Shown piece after piece: positions 52,986 through 62,284 of a stretch of DNA of 64,000 bases. Location: positions 4,626-68,625 of the forward strand of contig VBBD01000068.1 of the NCBI GenBank assembly GCA_005882895.1, in the 5' to 3' direction. This DNA comes from Candidatus Bathyarchaeota archaeon (lineage in GTDB: Archaea; Thermoproteota; Bathyarchaeia; 40CM-2-53-6). The translations under genes were made by a program, and so were the position numbers. The stretch's first letter is position 1. Each line of letters begins with the position of its first letter. The notes below the pieces were generated by a model. It was not told where the DNA came from. It did not search any database and saw nothing but the letters and a program-made list of their open reading frames with translations.

Positions 52986-53126
52986 TGCATCCGAAACCAA
53001 CCTCTATCTAGTCTATCCCTGCAGCCCTCAGAACAGCTTGGAACAATCAACCTGCACAGCCAGAGACTTTCCAACTCCACGGACATTCCCTAAACTCGAA
53101 AGGATCTTTCTGGATTCTTCTCCAAG

Positions 53127-54410
53127 TTGACGCTGAACTATGTCTCAATAGCGATTTTCGTAGTCGTATACACTCTGATTATTCTTAGAAATCTCCGATG
53201 GTTCCATGTTCCGGTCTGGACCATAATGATGGCCGGAGCAGTAGCCATGCTCTTCCTCGGGGCTATTCCTTTGAGAGACGCTTACGCCGCGATCAATCTC
53301 GACGTGATCTTCTTCCTACTCGGGATGTTTTCGGTGGTTGCTGCGATGGATATCTCCGGGCTCTTGGAGTACCTTACTTTGAGACTGCTTCAACTGGCAA
53401 AGTCGCCTCAGAGAGCTTTCGTCTTGGTTCTGGTCGGGATGAGCATGATGGCGGCGTTCTTGGTGAATGATACATTGGCTCTCATGGCCACTCCAATCGT
53501 GTTGAGTGTTGCCAAGCAGCTGCGCGTCAGACCCGGAGTCTTTCTGGTCACCCTCGCCTTAGGAGTGACCGTCGGTAGCACGATGACGGCGATCGGTAAT
53601 CCGCAGAACCTACTGATCGCTCTATCGACAGGTATTCCGAACCCAGTGTTCGACTTTCTCTACTATCTTCTCCCTCCAACACTAGTAGGGCTGGGAGTAA
53701 CCTATCTGATCCTCAAATGGTACTACCGGAGAGAATTCGCAAACTCGAAACTCGCAGAACTACACGTTATTCCGAAGGAAGCAATCAAAGATCGAAAGCT
53801 AGCGAAGCTCTCTGGCTCGGCTGCTGGAATAGTTGTGCTAGGTTTCTTCCTCGTCGGAATCGCCGAACTGTTTGGGATCCAGGGAAACTTCAACCTCGGA
53901 ACAATCTCTCTCCTGGGCGCAACAATCGTTTTTCTAGGTAGCGGAAGACGGAGAGAGATTCTCCGATCTGTCGACTGGGGAATAATCATCTTCTTCATCT
54001 CACTCTTCATCGTCATGCAAGCATTCTGGGAGTCAAAAGCTCTCCAGAGCCTCATGATCTACTTGCCAGTTCTCAACAGGTCTGACCCCGGGCTCTCGCT
54101 CGTAACGATAATCTTGGCCAGCGCATTCTTCAGCCAGCTCTTGAGCAATGTTCCCTTTGTCGCGGTTTACATCAAGGCGATGCAGGCGGCAGGCTTCACA
54201 GGGGCTGATGTCAAGGCATGGATGGCTCTAGCCGGTGCCAGCACACTCGCTGGAGGTATCAGTCTCTTGGGCGCGGCCAGTAACGTCATTGTACTAGAAG
54301 AGGCCGAGAGCCGTGGGTCAGGATTTGGATTCATCGAGTTCTCAAAGATCGGGCTTCTTGTGACGATTCCTAATCTTCTCATCTTGTACCTGTTTCTGCG
54401 AGTGCTATAG
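53127..54410 (+). CDS. ArsB/NhaD (CitMHS-like) anion permease family transporter
   Basis: This 427-aa protein has about 11-12 TM segments. 'MAAFLVNDT' and 'GNPQNLLIA' are typical of the ion-transporter superfamily. Confidence 0.7.
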   Translation: MTLNYVSIAIFVVVYTLIILRNLRWFHVPVWTIMMAGAVAMLFLGAIPLRDAYAAINLDVIFFLLGMFSVVAAMDISGLLEYLTLRLLQLAKSPQRAFVLVLVGMSMMAAFLVNDTLALMATPIVLSVAKQLRVRPGVFLVTLALGVTVGSTMTAIGNPQNLLIALSTGIPNPVFDFLYYLLPPTLVGLGVTYLILKWYYRREFANSKLAELHVIPKEAIKDRKLAKLSGSAAGIVVLGFFLVGIAELFGIQGNFNLGTISLLGATIVFLGSGRRREILRSVDWGIIIFFISLFIVMQAFWESKALQSLMIYLPVLNRSDPGLSLVTIILASAFFSQLLSNVPFVAVYIKAMQAAGFTGADVKAWMALAGASTLAGGISLLGAASNVIVLEEAESRGSGFGFIEFSKIGLLVTIPNLLILYLFLRVL

Positions 54411-54562
54411 CTCGAAATCACACACTCTCAGACACTCAAAGATCAATTGGACAAACAGGCTCGATTTGACACCTTTCTGGCTGTTCAAATCGTTGTATCA
54501 TATACCCAGCCCTCTCAAACCGGGGATTCAACTCCAAGAAAAGGGAGAAAGGAAAAACAAGA

Positions 54563-55051
54563 ATGGATTCATCAGCCAAACGCAAAGTGGGTGCCATCGC
54601 CCTGATCGTTGCAGGAATCGGCGCTTTTCTCGTGCCCTTCCTTCTTCACAGCCCTGCGCTACAGGCCTCTAGCAACAACAATAACAACAATGGCAGAACG
54701 CCGACAAGCACAAGTTGTACAAGTAACTGCACTCCCTCCGGGGACACCAACCCGACAACGTGCAGTTCTGACTCAACGAGCACTGACCCGAGTAGCCATA
54801 GTAACGAAGGTAAGCATCTTGCAAAGGGACATGACAAGCAGGACACGTCAATAGTGGGCAAAGCACACGGGTTCATGGCCGCTCTGGCCAAGCATAACCC
54901 GCAGCATGATGCAACTCACTCCACCAAGATCGACAACGACACTACAAACACTCACGGGCTTCACTCCAATGGCCACGACACCGACGACACTAATGCTTGC
55001 GCCGACGACAAAGACAACGACAATTCCGATGACCAAGGCAACGACGATTAG
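54563..55051 (+). CDS. low-complexity Asn/Thr/Ser/Asp/His-rich secreted or anchored protein
   Basis: An N-terminal TM segment, 'VGAIALIVAGIGAFLVPFLL', is followed by 'SSNNNNNNGRTPTSTSCTSNC...' and an acidic tail, 'DDKDNDNSDDQGNDD'. Confidence 0.5.
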   Translation: MDSSAKRKVGAIALIVAGIGAFLVPFLLHSPALQASSNNNNNNGRTPTSTSCTSNCTPSGDTNPTTCSSDSTSTDPSSHSNEGKHLAKGHDKQDTSIVGKAHGFMAALAKHNPQHDATHSTKIDNDTTNTHGLHSNGHDTDDTNACADDKDNDNSDDQGNDD

Positions 55052-55180
55052 TGGGCCTAGAAAACACTCCTAGGCTCCCCAACTTTATTTTTAGAACTCA
55101 CCAGACCCTCTTGTTCTTTCAGGACCTGGTCTTCGAGCCCGAAGTGCTGTAAAGTTTAGAAACATCCATCATATTCTCGC

Positions 55181-55672
55181 TTGACTCGACTGACAATGGT
55201 CAACCAGGGCGAAAAAGCTCCGAACTTCACGCTTCCTGACACTGACCGAAAACCTCGCAGCGTTCAGGAGTTTCTGAAACCCAACGGCGCAACCCTGCTG
55301 GCTTTCTTCCCGGGAGCATTCACCACCGTATGCACCCGTGAAATGTGCACCTTGCGGGACAACATGCAAGAACTGAACAAGATCAATGCGCAGGTCGTGG
55401 GAATAAGCGTCAACGATCCATTTACGAACAAGGCGTTCGCGCAGAACAACAATCTCAACTTTCCAATTCTCAGCGACTACAGCAGAGAAGTTGTGAAACT
55501 GTACAACGTCTACCACGAAAACTTTGGCAACCTCAAGGGTTACACGGTTGCAAAGAGAGCTGTCTTCATACTAGATCACAATGGAGTCGTTGTCTACAAA
55601 TGGGTCACCGACGACCCCTCCAAGGAACCGAACTACGACGAGCTAAAGAAAGCGGCCGCAAAAACGACTTAA
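55181..55672 (+). CDS. peroxiredoxin (AhpC/TSA family)
   Basis: 'GEKAPNFTLPD' is present. The peroxidatic Cys lies in 'FFPGAFTTVCTREMC'. The start codon is TTG. Confidence 0.85.
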   Translation: MTRLTMVNQGEKAPNFTLPDTDRKPRSVQEFLKPNGATLLAFFPGAFTTVCTREMCTLRDNMQELNKINAQVVGISVNDPFTNKAFAQNNNLNFPILSDYSREVVKLYNVYHENFGNLKGYTVAKRAVFILDHNGVVVYKWVTDDPSKEPNYDELKKAAAKTT

Positions 55673-55711
55673 GACAATCTCTCACGACAGTTGGATCAAG
55701 CCGGGCTTTTT

Positions 55712-56437
55712 TCAAGCTAACGATTCTAGAATCTTCAACGCCCTAGCGGCGTTGTCTCCGTTCTCGTCGTGGCGGAGGTAGACGTAGACAGACTCTCTTC
55801 CCTTACTCGTTTCTTTGATCTTCCCGGTCCAGTCGTCAATCATTTTCGCATCGTATGATTCTCTTCGGAGTCTGAAATATGGCGTTTTTCCAGTCACTTT
55901 GAAGACCGGTTTCATGTCCTCTGTTTCTGCGATGCAAAAGTCAGCATCGTGCTTCTCTAGAGTAGAGTAAGTTGGATCGTTCAACCAAGATTCGTGTCTG
56001 AACTCGAACACTCTTCCTCCGATCTTGGAAGTGCTCGTGAGGAAGTCTTCAAGGAGTCTCAAGTCCTGTTTCGAGTAGGGTGGAAGCTGAAAGAGAACAG
56101 GGCCATTCTTCTCTCCAAGAGATCTCAATGTGATTCCAAGTCTCTCGGTAGCTTCGACCGATCCCTTCCCGAGTTTCAGAATGTGAGTAATCTGTCTAGG
56201 TGCTTTGAACGAGAACCTGAAATTGTCGCCGGTCTTGCTGGCCCATGATTTTACCATTGCGAGGCTAGGAGGGGCGTAGAAGGAGCTGTTGATCTCTACA
56301 GTGTTGAGCCGTTGAGAATAATAGGACAGGAATTCCTCATTCTTCAGGTTCTCAGGGTAGAAGTTTCCTTTCCATCCAGCGTAACTGAACCCTGAGACGC
56401 CTACCATTGCTCTTGTCTTCAATCCGCCCCGGTCCAT
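55712..56437 (-). CDS. DUF72 (UPF0759) family protein
   Basis: The segments 'GVSGFSYAGWKGNFYP', 'YYSQRLNTVEINSSFY' and 'FEFRHESW' fit the family. Confidence 0.8.
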   Translation of the reverse strand: MDRGGLKTRAMVGVSGFSYAGWKGNFYPENLKNEEFLSYYSQRLNTVEINSSFYAPPSLAMVKSWASKTGDNFRFSFKAPRQITHILKLGKGSVEATERLGITLRSLGEKNGPVLFQLPPYSKQDLRLLEDFLTSTSKIGGRVFEFRHESWLNDPTYSTLEKHDADFCIAETEDMKPVFKVTGKTPYFRLRRESYDAKMIDDWTGKIKETSKGRESVYVYLRHDENGDNAARALKILESLA

Positions 56438-56489
56438 ATGGAATCAAAGCCGGAAAGGTTTCTAAGGCCTTCCTCATGCCGATTCGACT

Positions 56490-57050
56490 ATGCCTACCTC
56501 ACCGACAACCCTAGACTCAGTAGGACTTCCACTGGGTTCATCCGCGGTCGATTTTCAATTAAAAGGAGTCGACGGCAAGACTCACAGTCTGAAAAGCTTC
56601 TCAGACAAGAAAGCTGTGGTGGTTATTTTCAGTTGTAATCACTGCCCCTACGTCCAAGCCTATGAAGACCGCATGGTTCAGATCCAGAAGGATTACTCAG
56701 CGAAAGGAGTTACCCTCGTGGCGATAAACAGCAACGACGACAGCGGCTACCCAGAAGACAGCTATCCAAACATGATCAAGAGAGCCAAGGAACGCAGCTT
56801 CAACTTTCCATACCTGAGAGATGAAACGCAGGAGATCGCCAAGAAATATGGCGCCATATGTACGCCACATGTTTTCGCGTTTGACCAGCAACGCCGACTT
56901 CAATACAAGGGTAGAATCGACGACAACCGAAACCCTGAATCAGTGAAAACCAAAGATCTCAGAGTCGCGTTAGACGCGATCCTCGCAGACCACAAGCCCT
57001 CCGTTCAAGAGACAAGGCCCTTCGGTTGCTCGGTTAAGTGGAAAAACTGA
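56490..57050 (+). CDS. thioredoxin-fold protein (redoxin family with a CxxC motif)
   Basis: The segments 'VVIFSCNHCPYVQAYEDR', 'AINSNDD...YPEDS', 'FNFPYLRDETQEIAKKYGAICTPHVF' and 'YKGRIDD' fit this family. Confidence 0.8.
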   Translation: MPTSPTTLDSVGLPLGSSAVDFQLKGVDGKTHSLKSFSDKKAVVVIFSCNHCPYVQAYEDRMVQIQKDYSAKGVTLVAINSNDDSGYPEDSYPNMIKRAKERSFNFPYLRDETQEIAKKYGAICTPHVFAFDQQRRLQYKGRIDDNRNPESVKTKDLRVALDAILADHKPSVQETRPFGCSVKWKN

Positions 57051-57083
57051 ATCGTCGCGGAATAACGTCTCCGCATTTTGGCC

Positions 57084-57090
57084 TTTAATA
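57084..57090 (+). promoter_or_regulatory. TATA-box-like element upstream of the aIF-1A gene
   Basis: 'TTTAATA' lies about 31-37 nt upstream of the ATG at 57121, which implies a very short leader or none. Confidence 0.45.
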
Positions 57091-57120
57091 TCACCGCTAT
57101 TCTCTAGTAGGAATGATAGT

Positions 57121-57423
57121 ATGGGTAAGCGAAAGGTCCTCAGCGAGGCCAACCTCAGCGAGATGCTCACACCGGGTCCTGGCCAGCTTTACGGGACCGT
57201 CAAAAATCTCCTTGGCTACGACAGGGTACTGGTCGAGTGCGCAGATGGCGTCACCCGGGTATGTCGAATTCGGGGAAAAATGAAACGTCGAGTCTGGATC
57301 AAGATGGGCGATACCGTCCTAGTCGCTCCTTGGGACTTCCAGCCAGAGCGCGGTGACATCATGTTCCGGTACACTCAGGGACAGGTCGAATCTCTTCGTA
57401 GGTCGGGCCAACTCAAAGTATAG
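57121..57423 (+). CDS. eif1a: translation initiation factor aIF-1A
   Basis: The S1/OB core reads 'GQLYGTVKNLLGYDRVLVECADGVTRVCRIRGKMKRRVWIKMGDTVLVAPWDF'. Confidence 0.95.
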   Translation: MGKRKVLSEANLSEMLTPGPGQLYGTVKNLLGYDRVLVECADGVTRVCRIRGKMKRRVWIKMGDTVLVAPWDFQPERGDIMFRYTQGQVESLRRSGQLKV

Positions 57424-57588
57424 CGATAGCCAGAAGCCCTCGAATCCTTCACCTTCTAAGCATTCGTAGCCCAATTCGATAAGTTTTGGACTTTGAGGAC
57501 CCTAAGAAATCGGGGACAATTCAAAAGTATTGCGGCACGGAAGTGTACCGAAGTCTGCTTGTCTTCCGAAGATGGCGGGTTGTACGAC

Positions 57589-57867
57589 CTACATTCCGTG
57601 TTTGTCTTTGGTGTGCTGGTTCAAAGCGGCTTCAGAGTTGAACTTAGCACCGCACTTCGCGCAAGCGAACTGTCCAGCACCCGTCGTAGCACCTACACTG
57701 ACCGTCTTCATCATAGCGCCTCCAGCAGCGATAATGGCGCCTAAGACTGCCAGGCCAATGCCTCCGAGCTGAATTGTATGGTGTATGTTCATGGAGTAAA
57801 GGTACCCCCAGGTTCCGAGACCTGCAACGAGTACTACCACTCCCAGTACGAGTATGGGCATTTTCAT
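57589..57867 (-). CDS. membrane-anchored protein (2 TM segments) with a C-terminal C2H2-type zinc finger
   Basis: The TM segments are 'MPILVLGVVVLVAGLGTWGYL' and 'GGIGLAVLGAIIAAGGAMM'. The zinc finger reads 'FACAKCGAKFNSEAALNQHTKDKH'. Confidence 0.6.
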   Translation of the reverse strand: MKMPILVLGVVVLVAGLGTWGYLYSMNIHHTIQLGGIGLAVLGAIIAAGGAMMKTVSVGATTGAGQFACAKCGAKFNSEAALNQHTKDKHGM

Positions 57868-57996
57868 TTTTCGATCAGCGAGATTCCGTTATTGTTTCCC
57901 ATTTAAGCCATACCAATGACACGATGAATTGCCCCATCTTATCGTGAAGGCTTAACTAAGATTAGGCCGTCGGTAGAGGCCGGGCGTATATGGCCA

Positions 57997-58260
57997 ATGC
58001 CCATTGAAAAAAAGCAACTTTCCAAGAAGGACGTTCAGAAGTTCGATCCAAGTCCTCTCTATCTCTATACAGCGAAGGACGCACTGAACCGTGTCACTGT
58101 ACTCAAAGAAGCGAACAAGGACGCATATCTCATAGCCGGCCGATACTCCGGCAACGACAAGGACAATCGGCTCTACACCTCCCTCAACGAGGAAGAGAGT
58201 AAAGAGATCGAAAAACTTGTCCGAATCGGCAGGAAGGACGCGACGATCAGCTTCCTCTGA
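57997..58260 (+). CDS. hypothetical protein (87 aa)
   Basis: The ORF has plausible composition and no motif I recognise. Confidence 0.4.
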   Translation: MPIEKKQLSKKDVQKFDPSPLYLYTAKDALNRVTVLKEANKDAYLIAGRYSGNDKDNRLYTSLNEEESKEIEKLVRIGRKDATISFL

Positions 58261-58294
58261 GCCGCGCTCGGCATAGATATTTCTACATGAAGAA

Positions 58295-58687
58295 GTGGCT
58301 CAGGATAGCATGACTCCTCTCGAAGAGCTCTCGCTTCTTATCTCTGAAAAAGGCCGTCGGATACTTGTCGCGCAAACCGCTGTTGATCTGAAAACCCTTC
58401 AAGGAGAAAACTCGGTCTATATTCTCCAGCTTCCTGAGGAATCTCACGCTGCTGGAGGTCGAGCTGGGGGATTTGGCGAGAGACGCGTCGAGAAAATCTA
58501 CTGCTTCCACTACGAGAACGGTGCCTGTCGTAAGCTCTTTGAAGTTGAGTCTCCTGAGAAATTGGAGAGGTTCGAGCTTCCCTATCATGCCGCTGGCACG
58601 CCTGTGATACTTCCCGACGGGTCCGAGAGAGTTATGTCGGGAGTAATAGATCCGGAATTTGTCGCATCCTACAAGCTAGTTGTCTAG
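58295..58687 (+). CDS. hypothetical protein (130 aa); strand assignment is ambiguous
   Basis: An almost fully antisense 101-aa ORF (58283..58588, minus strand) is equally open. I chose the longer plus-strand ORF, which continues the orientation of 57997..58260. Confidence 0.35.
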   Translation: MAQDSMTPLEELSLLISEKGRRILVAQTAVDLKTLQGENSVYILQLPEESHAAGGRAGGFGERRVEKIYCFHYENGACRKLFEVESPEKLERFELPYHAAGTPVILPDGSERVMSGVIDPEFVASYKLVV

Positions 58688-58711
58688 GGGTCCTGCCAAG
58701 CGAATAAGTCG

Positions 58712-59401
58712 CTAGAGCGCCGCGGATCCTGCGGTTTTCGATAATAAGATGTAAATCGTAGATTGACTGGAAGGTCTCGTAAGTCGCTTCTCCAAGGCCT
58801 GCTTCTCCTCGGGAAGCAAGTCTCGAGCAACATAGATGTCGATCGTCTGGTGCTCCTGTTCGGCAAGTTGTTTCAATCGAGTTTCTAAATAGCCTACTGC
58901 AGAGCGAAAGAAGTTGTCCGGAAGGTCTGGAAGCTCAACATCAACGAGCGTAGTCGGGTCAGCTCTGACGCGTAGCATTTCATAGAGCTCAGGAATATCA
59001 GGTATCTCAATCTTCAAGTGCTCGTGATGAAATTCCTCGATGTCGAATTTCATTCTTCCCCACTTCTGCCTCTTCCATAGTTTCTGGTGATCATTTGATG
59101 AGAGGCCGCTACCAAAATCAGCGTACTCTAGTGTGACGTTCGCGTTTTCCAGGTACTCTGAACGTACGACCCTTCCCCGGTGAACGTACCTGGCGGTCCC
59201 GGCAATATCAGGGGATTTTCCGACATTGTCAATCGGTGAAATATCGTCTGTTATCTGAAAGATGGCAGTTTCGCTGTTTGAGGGACGCGTGGAGAACAGG
59301 AACCGTCGGGCGGCGTTCTTTTGGTCTTCGAAGATTGCCGGGTCGGCGAAAAGGCGTTTGAATCGAAGCCGGACCCTGTAGAAATCTGCTTCAATCACCA
59401 T
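58712..59401 (-). CDS. hypothetical protein (229 aa)
   Basis: The ORF is long and has balanced composition. I recognise no family motif. Confidence 0.55.
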   Translation of the reverse strand: MVIEADFYRVRLRFKRLFADPAIFEDQKNAARRFLFSTRPSNSETAIFQITDDISPIDNVGKSPDIAGTARYVHRGRVVRSEYLENANVTLEYADFGSGLSSNDHQKLWKRQKWGRMKFDIEEFHHEHLKIEIPDIPELYEMLRVRADPTTLVDVELPDLPDNFFRSAVGYLETRLKQLAEQEHQTIDIYVARDLLPEEKQALEKRLTRPSSQSTIYILLSKTAGSAAL

Positions 59402-59485
59402 GAGGCGATCATCTCACCGTTTCTCAGCCTAGAGACTCAGCGTAGGCGTGCGTATTCTTTAACTGATTCCAGCCGGACCGTTTAG

Positions 59486-60142
59486 ATGTCCATGTCTCGC
59501 AAAGTACGGGATTACTTCGAGCTCGTCTCTCCTCAGTGGGACGTGATGAGAAAGAACTTCTACGGCGAAGATGTCCGGGAAGCCGTCCTGAACGCCGTTC
59601 ATCTCGGCCCCAGCGATACAGTTCTAGATATTGGCGCTGGAACAGGGTTTCTAACGGAAGCGGCTGCGAAGATCGCCTCGAAAGTAATCGCTGTCGACTT
59701 GTCCAGAGGGATGAGTGAAGAAGCGATTGCGAAGATGGGAAGCGGGAATGTGGAATTTCGAATCGGAAACGTAGAGAGCATGCCACTCCAGGACTCATCT
59801 GTAGACGCTGTAATCGGCAATATGGTCCTGCACCACTGTCCTCATCCTGAGATTGCGATCTCGGAAATCTCTAGGGTGCTCAAACCAAGTGGAAGAATCG
59901 CGATCTCGGACTTGCAAGAGCATAGCTACGAATGGTTGCGGAAGGAGCATGCGGACCTTTGGCTGGGGTTCAGAATGGAAGAGGTCGCTGCGATGATGAA
60001 GAAAAATCGGCTAGATAACGTGAAAGTAGATGCGCTGCCTTCCTGCTGCTCCAGCATGCAAGAAGAACAACAGATTAAGATCCCAATGTTCCTAGCATCG
60101 GCTCTGAAACGGGACTCAAGAGAACGGAAACTTGTCGTTTAG
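59486..60142 (+). CDS. class I SAM-dependent methyltransferase
   Basis: Motif I is 'VLDIGAGTGFLT'. 'VDAVIGNMVLHH' and 'LKPSGRIAISD' are also present. The C-terminal region is Cys-rich ('LPSCCSSM'). Confidence 0.8.
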   Translation: MSMSRKVRDYFELVSPQWDVMRKNFYGEDVREAVLNAVHLGPSDTVLDIGAGTGFLTEAAAKIASKVIAVDLSRGMSEEAIAKMGSGNVEFRIGNVESMPLQDSSVDAVIGNMVLHHCPHPEIAISEISRVLKPSGRIAISDLQEHSYEWLRKEHADLWLGFRMEEVAAMMKKNRLDNVKVDALPSCCSSMQEEQQIKIPMFLASALKRDSRERKLVV

Positions 60143-60152
60143 AACCGTTATA

Positions 60153-60539
60153 CTATGGCGTCAATTTACGTCTGTTGGCTAGTACTCTCGGAGCATGCGT
60201 TAGAGGCTTAAACCGGTTCTTCTCGTCTACAAAGACGATCTTCGGATTCCAGTGTTCGGCCTCTTTCTCGTTCAAAGATACGAACGCTGTGATGATGATC
60301 TCGTCTCCTGGCTGTACTTTTCGTGCGGCTGCACCGTTGAGCGCGATGACTCCGCTTCGTCGTTCGGCGGGGAGTGCATAAGTGGAGAATCGATCTCCGG
60401 TGGAGATGCTCCAGATGTCGACTTTCTCGAATGGCAGAATTCCAGCGGCTTCCATTAGAGACGAGTCTATCTCGATGCTTCCCTCGTAGTTGAGGTCAGC
60501 ACCTGTGACCCTTGCTCTGTGAATCTTGCCCTTGAGCAT
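60153..60539 (-). CDS. panD: aspartate 1-decarboxylase (pyruvoyl-dependent)
   Basis: 'MLKGKIHRARVTGADLNYEGSIEID' carries the self-processing G-S site, and 'LNGAAARKVQPGDEIII' is also present. I prefer the internal Met at 60539 to the track start at 60587. Confidence 0.9.
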   Translation of the reverse strand: MLKGKIHRARVTGADLNYEGSIEIDSSLMEAAGILPFEKVDIWSISTGDRFSTYALPAERRSGVIALNGAAARKVQPGDEIIITAFVSLNEKEAEHWNPKIVFVDEKNRFKPLTHAPRVLANRRKLTP

Positions 60540-60712
60540 TCTCAGCTGCAATTTCGCTCTTCTCTGCCTTTTTCCTACCAAGACCAATGTGACTCGCTAG
60601 ATTTGAACCGGGGCTACTGTCTCTCTAGAGAGCTAAAGAGAAGCACGTGTGGACTCGACCTTGCGTGTTCTCGTTAAGTATAGATGGCTGAGTTGATAGT
60701 GGAGTTGAAGCA

Positions 60713-61300
60713 ATGAAGAAGCCATCTGACCCCGCGGACATCGTCCTCAAGGAAATCGAGGCTATCGGAGAACGTTCGTTTATCCCATCTATCGGACCCG
60801 TCAAGGGAAAGATACTCGCGGAGATAGTGAAGAAGACCAAGCCGAAGCGAATACTGGAAGTCGGAGCCCTCTATGGGTACTCTGCCATACTGATGGCCAA
60901 GAACTCGCCACCTAGAGTCGAGATCGTCTCGGTCGAGAAGGACCCGGAACACGTGCGCATAGCCACGAAGAACATCAAGCGGGCAAACATGGAAGAGAAG
61001 ATCACGATGGTAGAAGGAGATGGAAGAACAGAATTGCAGAAACTCTCGGGAAGCTTTGACTTCGTCTTCTTAGACGCGGAAAAGACGCAATACCTCGCCT
61101 ATCTGAAAGCCGTAGAGAAGAATCTTGACAAGGGCAGCGTCATCGTCGCAGACAATGTAGGCATATTCGAGGATCAAATGCAAGACTACCTAGAGTATGT
61201 CAGGAAGAAAGGTCCCTACAAGAGCCGGACAGTGGAGACCCTCCTGGAATTCTCAGACAATACAAAAGACGCTATGGAGATAAGCGAGAAACTAGTCTAG
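60713..61300 (+). CDS. class I SAM-dependent O-methyltransferase (catechol/caffeoyl-CoA OMT-like)
   Basis: The segments 'ILEVGALYGYSAILMA', 'FDFVFLDAEK' and 'GSVIVADNV' fit this family. Confidence 0.8.
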   Translation: MKKPSDPADIVLKEIEAIGERSFIPSIGPVKGKILAEIVKKTKPKRILEVGALYGYSAILMAKNSPPRVEIVSVEKDPEHVRIATKNIKRANMEEKITMVEGDGRTELQKLSGSFDFVFLDAEKTQYLAYLKAVEKNLDKGSVIVADNVGIFEDQMQDYLEYVRKKGPYKSRTVETLLEFSDNTKDAMEISEKLV

Positions 61301-61464
61301 TCTTCCAGGGGGACTAGGGGATGGTGAAGAGCTAACGGGATTTGTCTTCTCGTTCAGCTGGGCACTATTCATCGTATTTGAAAAGGTGACACTCCAGATG
61401 CCATGGCCACTCAAGCATTTTCTGATCGGCCAGTTCCCTGGCGAGTTTGAGGCACAGCGTCAAG

Positions 61465-62122
61465 TTATGCGACTGAGAGGCAACGAAGTGCTGGTTTGAA
61501 AGAGTTGGCGCCGGGCGAGAATTGCCCTCGTCTAGAATCGTTTTGTGTCTCGGAGACGTTGCAGTATCCAGAGACGAACCTGCTTATCTCTCCGGTAACG
61601 GGGTCGTAGCTGTGTCGTTCCGCGTGGCCAATATCACGGCCGTAGACGTGAATGCTTGTTGTTGGTTTCCCCGAAATATTGTCGACCCTATGGATGCCAC
61701 GATGACCTAGAACTGTCACTCCACCCCTTGGTGTTGATCTTCTCGCTAACCTTCTCAATCTTCGCAATCTTGGGATTCGATCCATCATCTGTTCTGCGGA
61801 ACAATGCTTCCCGCTCTTCACCATCGTGGACTCCGATGAGCGCCCATGTCAAGTGGTCGTGGATTGGAGTTGTCTGGCCTGGATGCCAGACTCCTCTGAT
61901 TATCGAGAACATCTCGTCGCTTGGCACGTGGATCAGGTTCATCGCGAACCTGTCCTTTCTGGGGCTGAAGGCCTCGGCCGGAACTGATCTGAGACTCCGG
62001 ATGAGCTTCTCGAGAAGCGGTTTGATCTGTCTCAGAACCTCAGACTCGTTTGGGTATTTCCGGACGCATGTGTCGACATCCCTGGCGAACTGGCTGGTCG
62101 AGTATTGCCCGGTTTGCATCAT
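61465..62122 (-). pseudogene. cysteine-dioxygenase-like cupin, split by a frameshift at a G4 run
   Basis: The N-terminal ORF (61688..62122) has 'VWHPGQTTPIHDHLTWALIGV'. The reading continues in another frame (61465..~61730) with 'GGVTVLGHRGIHRVDNISGKPTTSIHVYG'. The frames switch around 'aacaccaagggg' (complement of ~61722-61733). Confidence 0.65.
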
Positions 62123-62284
62123 GGAGATTTCAGGAATCCCGTACTAATAGCCTTGGTGTCCAGTCGGGCTTGATTGGACAGTAAATGGCGTTCCTAATCG
62201 TTGGGGCCGATTCTACCGGATGACGTGCGCGGAAGTCGTCTAAAACAGAAAGCAATAAGTCAATTCCCCGTAGACTGATTCTCC

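Noticed and set aside
54663-55051. DNA-level repeat in the 'aacaacaataacaacaat' / 'gacgacaa' region
   Set aside because: The pattern is explained by codon repeats (an Asn run and Asp/Asn/Thr-rich low complexity) within the 162-aa anchored protein. It is not an independent repeat element.
58283-58588. 101-aa minus-strand ORF antisense to 58295..58687
   Set aside because: I cannot discriminate the two frames by eye. I reported the longer plus-strand ORF at low confidence. The minus-strand product contains a Ser-rich low-complexity patch ('SPSSTSSSV'). Codon-model scoring or homolog searches are needed.
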